From positions 64,001 through 128,000 of the forward strand of contig JANPLN010000025.1 of assembly GCA_031426555.1 (NCBI GenBank): a stretch of DNA of 64,000 nucleotides. The letters are read 5' to 3'. The notes beneath the pieces were generated by a model that searched no databases, was not told the origin of the DNA, and worked only from the letters and a program-made list of their open reading frames with translations. Made by a program: the position numbers and the translations under genes. Positions within the stretch are counted from its first letter, which is position 1; every line of letters starts with the position of its first letter. Below, in pieces: positions 29,730 through 38,035 of the stretch. Origin of the DNA: Bdellovibrionales bacterium. Its GTDB lineage: Bacteria > Bdellovibrionota > Bdellovibrionia > Bdellovibrionales > JAGQZY01.

Positions 29730-31082
29730 ATGAAAATTCTCATCACCGGCGGCACTGGTCTCATCGGAAAAAAACTTGGCATCGCGTTGGTTAAAAAAGG
29801 CCACACTTTGGTCGGTATTACCCGCAGCGCCAATCAGGCAAAAATTAGTGCTCCCTACCCTGCCACCTGGATCGAATGCGACCTCAACACCACTGTGCCC
29901 GACCTGAAGGATCACGACATCGACGGTGTTATCCATCTGGCTGGCGAAAACGTGGGCGAAAAAAATTGGTCCCCCGAACAGAAGGAAAAAATCCTACAGT
30001 CGCGCAAAAAAGGCACAAAAAATCTGCTCGCGGCAGTCAACGTTAAAAAAATACAGTTTTTCGTTGGCGCCTCGGCTGTGGGAATCTACGACTGGAGCAC
30101 CGATGATTCGATGCGCACCGAGGACAGTGCCCCGGCGTCGCACTTTCTGGCCGAAGTGACGCGGGCGTGGGAGCAAGAGAGCTTAAACTGCAAAGCTCGC
30201 ACGGTGCTGTTTCGCATTGGCGTTGTGCTTTCCACCGAAGGCGGTGCTTTGCCTAAAATGGTGTTTCCTGCACAAGTATTTGCTTCAAGCCCCCTTGGCA
30301 GTGGCCAGCAATGGATGAGCTGGGTACATATTCACGATGTGGTCGGCGCCATGGTTTTTGCCATTGAAACAGCGTCGATGAACGGTGTTTACAACCTTGT
30401 GGCTCCTGAAACCGCTCGCCAAAAGAAGATCGCGCAACAGATCGCAAAACAGCTCAACAGTTTTTACGGACCTCCGGTGCCGCAGTTTATGCTCAAACTG
30501 ATTCTTGGTGAACAGGCGGCCCTGGCGATCAATTCTTTAAACGTGAGTTCGCAAAAGTTAGTGAACGCAGGTTACCGGTTTCACTTTTCAAATGTGGACG
30601 CCGCCCTAGAAGATTTGCTGTCGACTTGGAAAAATGGCGTGGCTGTGAAGATCTATCAACAGTACTTTCCCCTTCCCAAAGATAAAGTTTTTGCTTTTTT
30701 CGCCGATGCGAAAAACCTTGAGCAAATAACGCCTAAAACTTTGAACTTTCAAATTACAAAAATGTCCACGGAACGTATTCAAAAAAACACAACGATTGAT
30801 TATAAGCTTAAAATCCATTCCGTTCCCGCCCGCTGGCGAACCCACATCGACACATGGGAGCCAAATACATCCTTCTCGGATTCTCAAATGAAAGGTCCCT
30901 ATTCTATTTGGCACCACACGCATACTTTCGAGCAGCTAGGTTCAGGCACACTGATGACGGATATCGTTCGGTATAAACTGCCAGCTGGACTTGTGGGTCG
31001 GTTGGCCGCGCAGGCGTGGGTGGACTCGGACGTGGAGAAAATTTTTGCCTATCGACGGGAATCCGTGGGCGTCCTGATTTAA
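29730..31082 (+). CDS. TIGR01777/YfcH NAD-dependent epimerase fused to SRPBCC domain
   Basis: GGTGLIG, IHLAG, WEQE, MSWVHIHD; C-terminal FF..AKNLEQITP, KGPYSIWHHTH, IFAYR. Confidence 0.88.
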   Translation: MKILITGGTGLIGKKLGIALVKKGHTLVGITRSANQAKISAPYPATWIECDLNTTVPDLKDHDIDGVIHLAGENVGEKNWSPEQKEKILQSRKKGTKNLLAAVNVKKIQFFVGASAVGIYDWSTDDSMRTEDSAPASHFLAEVTRAWEQESLNCKARTVLFRIGVVLSTEGGALPKMVFPAQVFASSPLGSGQQWMSWVHIHDVVGAMVFAIETASMNGVYNLVAPETARQKKIAQQIAKQLNSFYGPPVPQFMLKLILGEQAALAINSLNVSSQKLVNAGYRFHFSNVDAALEDLLSTWKNGVAVKIYQQYFPLPKDKVFAFFADAKNLEQITPKTLNFQITKMSTERIQKNTTIDYKLKIHSVPARWRTHIDTWEPNTSFSDSQMKGPYSIWHHTHTFEQLGSGTLMTDIVRYKLPAGLVGRLAAQAWVDSDVEKIFAYRRESVGVLI

Positions 31083-31148
31083 GACGTTTTTGCAAAAATA
31101 CTTTCAGGCGTTTCCCATCCCCTCTAGAATGAAAATATCTCCTGAGGG

Positions 31149-32480
31149 GTGTATTTGGGGTCTCATTTTAAGTCTCACTTTAAAACGGTGGCGCAATCAC
31201 TTATAATTCTGTTTTGCGTGTCTGGCTTTATGCTTTTTCAAAATTGCGACTCTTACTATTCCGTAGGGCAACGCTCTGGAGAGAGCATTGCAGGCTTTAC
31301 CTTGGACTCCAAAGCGCAAACTATCCTGAGTCAAAACTGCTATGCCTGCCACACCGACACGCAAAGTGCTGGTGGAGTTTCGCATCTCGATAACACAAAC
31401 CTCATGGTGGATGACGGAGTCATTGTCCCGGGAAATTCAGAAACCTCACCTCTGATCAACGCCCTCGAAAGCAGTTCCATCCCCGAGCACGCACTCTCCG
31501 AGCAGAGCATGTCCATTTTGCGTGATTGGGTTGTCAGCTTAAACGATCGCTTCTCTCCGCCCGATGTCACGCAACCTCCAACGTGCACATTGACTGTTGA
31601 TAAAGCGGCCATCCTGCTTGGCGAAACTGTTACCGCCACGTTACAAATTACAGGAAAGGCGATCTCGGCTCGCATCCATGGTTTACCGGTAAATCCCGAC
31701 GGAGCCGCGCGAATGATTTCGCCCACAGCCACAGGCACCATTCAGGGCCAAGTGAGCAACGCGGCTGGAACGTCGCTTTGTCAAAGCGCTTCGGTTCAAG
31801 TCACCACAACTCCGGTGGAGCCGGGAAGTTTAGTTCCACGCTGTGCACTGTTAGCAAGCACCACCTCGGCAGTGCCAGGTGACACTGTCACTCTCGAGTT
31901 AAGCATTACGGGAATTGCTACCAGCGCTTCCATTAACAGCGTAGCGGTCGCAATCCCCGGAGGAGGAGTTTTTCCCTCGGTTGTTGTGAGGCCGATCAAT
32001 CAAACAACCTATTCCGCTCGGGTGGATGGCGGCGGTAGCTTTAGCACTTGCTCCACCATCGTTGCCACAAAAACCACAGCCCAGATGACCAAGCAAGAGT
32101 ACTATCGCGCAAAGGTGGGCCCCGGGGGAGCTTCAGTGGACGATTTACTAATTCGCGCACGTCGTTCTAGAAGTAGCACCTACGGTGGAAGTTGTATTCA
32201 CTGTCACACCAATAACACTGTGCCCAGCGCCCAATCGCGCGCCCGATCGTTTTTTGTACTTGTGAGCAACGATCCCAATCTCAACTACAACGCCATTAGA
32301 AACATCACAGACCCCTCGGATTCCACTCGAAAATGGAACCTCACCGTATCTCCGCAAAGTTTATACAATTACGCTGCCGGACACAGAGCTTCGGCTTCTT
32401 ATTCGTCGTACTCTGGGTTGGCCTACCGATATAGCCCCGCAGAACTCACGCACATCCAAAACTTCGTCAGTAAACCCTAA
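31149..32480 (+). CDS. Diheme c-type cytochrome lipoprotein with Ig-like spacer repeats
   Basis: FQNC lipobox; CYACH and CIHCH; IVPGNSETS; two PxC...GxTVT beta-rich repeats. Confidence 0.7.
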   Translation: MYLGSHFKSHFKTVAQSLIILFCVSGFMLFQNCDSYYSVGQRSGESIAGFTLDSKAQTILSQNCYACHTDTQSAGGVSHLDNTNLMVDDGVIVPGNSETSPLINALESSSIPEHALSEQSMSILRDWVVSLNDRFSPPDVTQPPTCTLTVDKAAILLGETVTATLQITGKAISARIHGLPVNPDGAARMISPTATGTIQGQVSNAAGTSLCQSASVQVTTTPVEPGSLVPRCALLASTTSAVPGDTVTLELSITGIATSASINSVAVAIPGGGVFPSVVVRPINQTTYSARVDGGGSFSTCSTIVATKTTAQMTKQEYYRAKVGPGGASVDDLLIRARRSRSSTYGGSCIHCHTNNTVPSAQSRARSFFVLVSNDPNLNYNAIRNITDPSDSTRKWNLTVSPQSLYNYAAGHRASASYSSYSGLAYRYSPAELTHIQNFVSKP

Positions 32481-33472
32481 ACGACGACGAGGCCGATGTT
32501 TTTATACACAGAACGAAGCGTCACTTGCGCTTTCTCGTTGGCCCGGGCTTGATTGTTTTTAAGAATTTGCAAAAGCTGAGCGGGATCTGCCATTAACTGA
32601 TTGTACTTTTCTTGCACCGGCGAAAGCGTTTGCACAACAATCTCCGCAAGATCGGTTTTAAAGTGACCATACATTTTTCCATCAAAGGTCTTTTCGATCT
32701 CTGCATAGGATTTTCCAGTCAAAGCTGAGTACATGGTCATTAGATTTGAGATGCCGGGCTTTTTTTCCAGATCAAAATACACCCGCGGTGGAGTTTCGGA
32801 ATCCGTCACCGCTGATTTTATTTTCTTTTCAATTTTTTTAGGAGCATCTAAAAGCGAAACATAGTTATTGGCGTCTTCGTCGGACTTCGACATTTTTTTC
32901 GTCGGGTCCTGAAGACTCATAATTCGCGCACCAAGCTTAGATATAAAAGGCTCTGGAACTTTAAATGTGACACCAAACTTTTTATTAAAACTTTCGGCGA
33001 GATCTCGAGTGAGCTCAAGATGCTGCTTTTGATCTTCTCCCACGGGCACAAGATCTGTTTGATACAATAAAATATCTGCAGCCATCAGCACCGGATAGGC
33101 GTACAAGCCCGTGTTGATCTCCCGGGTTTGTTGAGATTTGTCTTTAAACTGCGTCATGCGATTCAGCGCGCCCATGGGCGTGTGGCAGGTTAATATCCAG
33201 GTGAGTTCGGCGTGGGCCGGAACCTGTGACTGCATAAAAATCACGTTTTTAACAGGATCCAAACCGCAAGCTAAATACTGCGCTAAAAAACTCAAACATC
33301 GTTCGCGAAACTCAGAGGGGTCTTGCTTCACCGTGAGAGCGTGCAAATCGGCCACCATATAAAAGCAATCGTACTCATCTTGCATTTTGGTCCAGTTGAG
33401 AACGGCGCCGATGTAATTACCAAGGGTGAGAGATCCCGTTGTCGTGCTGCCGCTGAGTAATACCTTCTTCAT
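32477..33472 (-). CDS. trpS: Tryptophan--tRNA ligase
   Basis: TLGN, YPVLMAADIL, VPVGEDQKQH, KMSKS. Confidence 0.97.
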   Translation of the reverse strand: MKKVLLSGSTTTGSLTLGNYIGAVLNWTKMQDEYDCFYMVADLHALTVKQDPSEFRERCLSFLAQYLACGLDPVKNVIFMQSQVPAHAELTWILTCHTPMGALNRMTQFKDKSQQTREINTGLYAYPVLMAADILLYQTDLVPVGEDQKQHLELTRDLAESFNKKFGVTFKVPEPFISKLGARIMSLQDPTKKMSKSDEDANNYVSLLDAPKKIEKKIKSAVTDSETPPRVYFDLEKKPGISNLMTMYSALTGKSYAEIEKTFDGKMYGHFKTDLAEIVVQTLSPVQEKYNQLMADPAQLLQILKNNQARANEKAQVTLRSVYKNIGLVVV

Positions 33473-34131
33473 TCTTTAATGACCACTTTGTTAGAGAGTT
33501 CATTGGGATTATTCACAGTTGCCGGAAACTTTTCAATCAATAAGTGCGAACAGGCGTCCAGGCCCTTTTGGATTCCTAAAGCCATTTTTTTATTTTTTAA
33601 TCCCGACACCACTTCATCCACGGCCGACTGCCACGTGTCGGCTGGAAGTTTTTCGGCAATTTTTTTATCGGCGAGCACAATCACCACATGTTCCAACAAC
33701 GAAATATAAATAAGAACACCCATGCTGTCGTCGGTGTGGTGCAAGCGATTTTCGTAAAACTCGATTCGCGCCCGCTTCCAGCACTGCTCAAGCTCTTCCG
33801 CTCTTAATGTTAGCAAACGACGAACTCTGCCATCGCGAACTAAAAACGCAGCTCCCCAAAAGATAATAAAAAGACCACCGAGCAACAAACCCACCGCGCG
33901 ATAGAGGTAATCCCAATACAGATGGGGAACTAATATTTCCCAAAGAATTAAAAACACCATTGAAAAGAGGAGGATTAAAGTCACCTGCGCCTGAGCATAG
34001 GCCGACGACGATCGCACAATCACCGGAACAATTTCCGCTTGGGTTTTGAACTCGATCTTTTCGATCTGCTCTTCGATGCTTTGGATTTCATCCTGCTTTA
34101 AATATTTGGAAAGCCACTTTGGAATTACCAT
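33469..34131 (-). CDS. TPM-domain membrane protein
   Basis: EIVPVIV, GVLIYISLLEH..VLAD, NPNEL. Confidence 0.85.
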   Translation of the reverse strand: MVIPKWLSKYLKQDEIQSIEEQIEKIEFKTQAEIVPVIVRSSSAYAQAQVTLILLFSMVFLILWEILVPHLYWDYLYRAVGLLLGGLFIIFWGAAFLVRDGRVRRLLTLRAEELEQCWKRARIEFYENRLHHTDDSMGVLIYISLLEHVVIVLADKKIAEKLPADTWQSAVDEVVSGLKNKKMALGIQKGLDACSHLLIEKFPATVNNPNELSNKVVIKE

Positions 34132-34892
34132 GATCCTGACGCTCCTCCACCACTAAAGCCACCGCCGCCGCCACTCCAACCGCCACCGCCGCCACCGGAT
34201 CGACCGCCAAAACCGCCGCCCATGAGGCTTCCCAGCATAAAGCCCGAAAGACCGCCGCGCATGCCACTGCCACGCATTCCTCGGCCGCCACCGTTGGCGA
34301 ACATCAAAAATAAAAAAATCAATAACATTAAAATTAATTTTCCCCAGTCTTGCCCGCCGGAGCGCGCTGATACGCGCGTGGGAATCTCTAAAAACTCTGC
34401 GAGATCATACGGTGGGTCCATGCGTCTGAGAATTTCGCTCACGCCCAGTAAAATACCGTCGCTGGTGGCGCCTTTTCTAAAAAGTGGAACCATCACGTCG
34501 TCGATTATACGTCGGCTGTAGGCATCTGTGAGATCGCCCTCAACACCTTGGCCCACTTCGATGCGAATTTTTCTTTCGCTCTTTGCGACCATCAGCAAAA
34601 TGCCGTTATCTTTTTGCTCGGTGCCGAGCTTCCAGGCTTGTGCCACCTGAATGGCTGCCTCTTCGATGGTGAGGGAATCAAGGGTATCCACCGTGAGCAC
34701 TGCCAGTTGCGGGCCGCCCTTGGCGTGGATCACTTTTAAAGCATTGGCGAGTTTTTGCTGCGTCGAAGACTCAAGCAACCCCGCTTGATCCATCACACTG
34801 TCGGTTAACTGCGGAACTTCGAAGGCCTGAGAAAAACTCAAGCCAGCGAAAGTGATCAACGCAAAAATCCAACCGACAGACGTGCGATGCAT
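34125..34892 (-). CDS. TPM-domain protein (YgcG family)
   Basis: DNGILL, RIEVGQGVEG.LTD, C-terminal GGGFSGGGASGSW. Confidence 0.9.
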   Translation of the reverse strand: MHRTSVGWIFALITFAGLSFSQAFEVPQLTDSVMDQAGLLESSTQQKLANALKVIHAKGGPQLAVLTVDTLDSLTIEEAAIQVAQAWKLGTEQKDNGILLMVAKSERKIRIEVGQGVEGDLTDAYSRRIIDDVMVPLFRKGATSDGILLGVSEILRRMDPPYDLAEFLEIPTRVSARSGGQDWGKLILMLLIFLFLMFANGGGRGMRGSGMRGGLSGFMLGSLMGGGFGGRSGGGGGGWSGGGGGFSGGGASGSW

Positions 34893-35474
34893 CTAAAAGG
34901 TCACTTGTGGTGCTTTTTCGATCTGCTCTTTTTCGCCCTCAGCAACCGACCATTGTGCCATTTTATCGTGGTGAAAAAACAATGTGTTGGTTAAATTTGT
35001 GGGAAACACCGTCACTAAATCGTTAAACTGACGAATCGCTTCGATATGTTCACGTCGCGTGTTCGTGATGCGATTTTCCGTGCCTTCAAGCTGCGCCTGT
35101 AAATCGCGAAAGTTTTGATCGGCCTTCAACTGAGGATAGTTTTCCGAAATCACCATGAGTTTTCCTAAGGCCTGGGACAACTGTCCTTGAGCTTCCTGAA
35201 ATTTTTGTAACTGCTCCGGCGTTGATTTGCTTGGGTCGATCGTCATGCTGGTGGCCTTGGCGCGCGCGTTCACAACTCCTTCGAGGGTGTCTTTCTCGTG
35301 CCCGGCGTAGCCTTTTACTGTTTGCACGAGGTTTGGGATTAAATCCGCACGGCGCTTGTACTGATTGGTGATGTTGGCAAATGTCTCATCCACACGGTTT
35401 TTAGATTTAGGAATGGACTGCACGCCGCAGGCCGTGAGGGATAAACCAAGAATCAGTGCTAAAAAGAAACGCAT
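34893..35474 (-). CDS. lemA: LemA family lipoprotein
   Basis: QYKRRADLIPNLV, ENYPQLKA, LEGTENRI; start MRFFLA. Confidence 0.93.
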   Translation of the reverse strand: MRFFLALILGLSLTACGVQSIPKSKNRVDETFANITNQYKRRADLIPNLVQTVKGYAGHEKDTLEGVVNARAKATSMTIDPSKSTPEQLQKFQEAQGQLSQALGKLMVISENYPQLKADQNFRDLQAQLEGTENRITNTRREHIEAIRQFNDLVTVFPTNLTNTLFFHHDKMAQWSVAEGEKEQIEKAPQVTF

Positions 35475-35594
35475 ATTTTGTACTCCTTGAAAGAAACTGG
35501 AATAGAACCAGCTTTGTAGCCTCAATATGGTGATATTTTTACAGATTGCAAGTAGAAGCGTTGCATTATCCCCGCGTATTAAGGATAACAGGAC

Positions 35595-36071
35595 ATGATG
35601 TTTTTTGTATTCAATTCCGTGGTTTTAATGGCCGCTGCCGCCGATATGTGCTGGGAGCGGGAACGCAATCCCTACAGCGAAGCGACCTATACCGAGGTGG
35701 AATGGTATGATCATACTCAGGCCTGGAATGCGCTTCAGCCAGAAGAACCTAGTTTGTTAAGTTTATTTTGGGCCCACCAAACTTACAAACAGGAGCTTGA
35801 TACAGCCAAAACTCTAAAAAACGACAAACGCAAACACTGTTACATCGGCTGCCGTATCGCTCAGGATACATCTCTCGAAGTGAGCACCTATGTAGGTTGG
35901 CTCAAAGAGTCCGAAGATCTCGCCGACTGCAATCGCAAAACGTTATTCGAAACCTTGGATTACCAAAGTACAATTGACGGCGCTCAGCAAGGTTCACTCG
36001 TTAGCGAGCCGCAAGAGTGTTATGATTTTTGCGAATCCTACAAAGCTCCAAAAAACCGCATGGAGCTGTGA
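35595..36071 (+). CDS. Secreted Cys-containing hypothetical protein
   Basis: Signal peptide; DKRKHCYIGC motif; AGGA RBS. Confidence 0.65.
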   Translation: MMFFVFNSVVLMAAAADMCWERERNPYSEATYTEVEWYDHTQAWNALQPEEPSLLSLFWAHQTYKQELDTAKTLKNDKRKHCYIGCRIAQDTSLEVSTYVGWLKESEDLADCNRKTLFETLDYQSTIDGAQQGSLVSEPQECYDFCESYKAPKNRMEL

Positions 36072-36099
36072 AGTCGTGCTTCCCAGTCGATGCAACTAA

Positions 36100-37512
36100 T
36101 TAAAGTTCCAAGAGAATGTCTTGGCCGTCTGGTTTGACGGTCTGATAAAAGCGCATGGCGTAAGCGTCTTGCTGTTTGTGCAGCTCCCACTTCCAATGTT
36201 TTTTGTCAAAAGAGATTTTACTTTTAATCGGCAGCGCTTGCAGCACCTTGCCTTTGTGATCCATTTTTAAAAACTGAGTCAGATGTAATCCGCGTGATGA
36301 GACCGCACGTAGCGCGTGCATCTCGTCGTCGAAATACAGAGCTTCTAAATTAAATGCATAACCGGCGTGCAGCGCCATCCACTCGCCTGTGGTCACGTCG
36401 TAGCGATACATCTCCCCGCCGCGCTCATCGTTGTAAACGTAGAGAGCTTTTTGCAGCGGACTGACTGTAGCTGTTTTTATGTATTGGGCGTAAGGCATAT
36501 TTTTAGGCATGTACATGCGGACGAAATCTTTTTTCTCAATATCCCACTGCCAGAGCAAATAATTTTTTAAAATAAAAAGATTTTTACCCACCACCAAAAC
36601 TTGCTGCGTCTTTGGCGGCAAACTCAATTCTTGCTCGGCAAAAAAAACTTTTTGCGGCTGGATGCTTCCATCGAGGCGCTGCCAAATTACTGGCGAGGCC
36701 AGAGTACGTGGGGCGGTGGGTGGTGGCTCAGCCCAGGCTGGCGCGGGCTGCTTGCTTGGGACGTTTGCTGGAGCTTCTGCGGCGGCTGCGCTAGAGTCTA
36801 CACTTGCCAGGCCGCGCACCTTATCAAACATCGGGATACGGAATTCTTTGCCAATCACAGCGCCTTGAAAGTTTGTAATTTCAAGCCCGGTGATTTTTTT
36901 AAGCACCGAACTTAAAATGCGAAATTCATTGTCGGGGTTAAAAGCCTCTTCCCACGCGTAGGGATAGCTACACATTTTTTCTTTTGGCAAATACTCGATG
37001 GGCGTGTTTGGTGGCAGCCCTTGCAACCAAACAATTTGTGGAGTCGCCACAATCACTTTGTCGATCTTGGCCCCTTGATCCACTTGAAAGCTCCACTCCA
37101 ACCGTTGGCGACTGACGAGGGCAAGCACCTGGGGTTTTGGCGAGGCCTTCACGCGCACGCGAATCAATCCGCCCTCGTCCATTTGCGCGAGACGAAATGG
37201 CGGCGCTGCTTGCACGGCAATCAACTGCAAATCTTTTGTTTGTTCCGCGCGCTGCCACGTCATATGTGAAAACACACAGTCACTGCCTTCGCATTTCGAT
37301 TGCGAAATTGAATTTGCAGAAACGTCCCAATATTTTTCGTCGGAAAAAAAATTTTCCGTGCATTCAGCTTTTACGTTGGATGTATTTTGCACCAGTCGGT
37401 ATTGGGCTTGGTCTTCCATATTTTTCATAAAAAACAAAAGACCCGCTTGCAAGATAACGAGGGAAAGTAACATGGCGACGAGCATTTTATTCAGCGCTTC
37501 GAGAAATCTCAT
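36100..37512 (-). CDS. Membrane-anchored periplasmic hypothetical protein
   Basis: N-terminal TM helix, Pro/Ala linker, beta-rich C-terminus; TCCGATAA (sigma28 -10-like) just upstream. Confidence 0.7.
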   Translation of the reverse strand: MRFLEALNKMLVAMLLSLVILQAGLLFFMKNMEDQAQYRLVQNTSNVKAECTENFFSDEKYWDVSANSISQSKCEGSDCVFSHMTWQRAEQTKDLQLIAVQAAPPFRLAQMDEGGLIRVRVKASPKPQVLALVSRQRLEWSFQVDQGAKIDKVIVATPQIVWLQGLPPNTPIEYLPKEKMCSYPYAWEEAFNPDNEFRILSSVLKKITGLEITNFQGAVIGKEFRIPMFDKVRGLASVDSSAAAAEAPANVPSKQPAPAWAEPPPTAPRTLASPVIWQRLDGSIQPQKVFFAEQELSLPPKTQQVLVVGKNLFILKNYLLWQWDIEKKDFVRMYMPKNMPYAQYIKTATVSPLQKALYVYNDERGGEMYRYDVTTGEWMALHAGYAFNLEALYFDDEMHALRAVSSRGLHLTQFLKMDHKGKVLQALPIKSKISFDKKHWKWELHKQQDAYAMRFYQTVKPDGQDILLEL

Positions 37513-37546
37513 ACATTGTTATCGGAATTTTGCTCGTGAGGCTGTA

Positions 37547-37562
37547 ACACTATATGTGGGGT
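37547..37562. promoter_or_regulatory. Putative NrdR box
   Basis: ACACTATATGTGGGGT resembles acaCwAtATaTwGtgt and lies in the nrdA upstream region. Confidence 0.45.
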
Positions 37563-38035
37563 ATGCTGCGAATCCGGACCGGCGGGTGTAGTGTTTTTAA
37601 GCTCTACCAAAGTCCTGCTGCACAGAACCAAAGCAAAATAATTTTGTAAACAAACAACGTTAAGCAAAAAACTTTGACGTGCCTCAGAGCTCATCAATTG
37701 GCTATTCACCAGAAATATCAACGCACTAACGCTGCCCGACAGTTTCATGTCGCTACTGCCTAAAAAAAAACATTTTTGGACGTGGAAATCAGGTTTGACT
37801 CTCCCTGTCCACACAACTACCGTTTTTATTAAGGGACACTTCTTTTCACAACAAAGGAAGACTGCCCTGGGGTAATCGTTAAATTCCAAACGAGAAAAAG
37901 CTTCGACGGCTTAAGGCCTTCTACGCTTTTGAGAATATGTTTTTACGAAAATATTTTCAAAGCTCGGGAATTGCTTACTCTAAAATGACACACAAATGTG
38001 TCATTAACAAAGACGCCATCGGGGGAGGGCACAAC

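Noticed and set aside
29670..29936. Long N-terminal extension of the chalcone-isomerase-like ORF
   Set aside because: It is the antisense shadow of the epimerase gene; the signal peptide begins at 29669.
37509..37889. 126-aa minus-strand ORF
   Set aside because: Atypical composition, no motif; it overlaps probable regulatory sites.
37560..38035. Cobalamin riboswitch upstream of nrdAB (as in Streptomyces-type nrdAB)
   Set aside because: No recognisable B12-box elements (GGGAA...GCCCCCGC...GCCACTG) seen.
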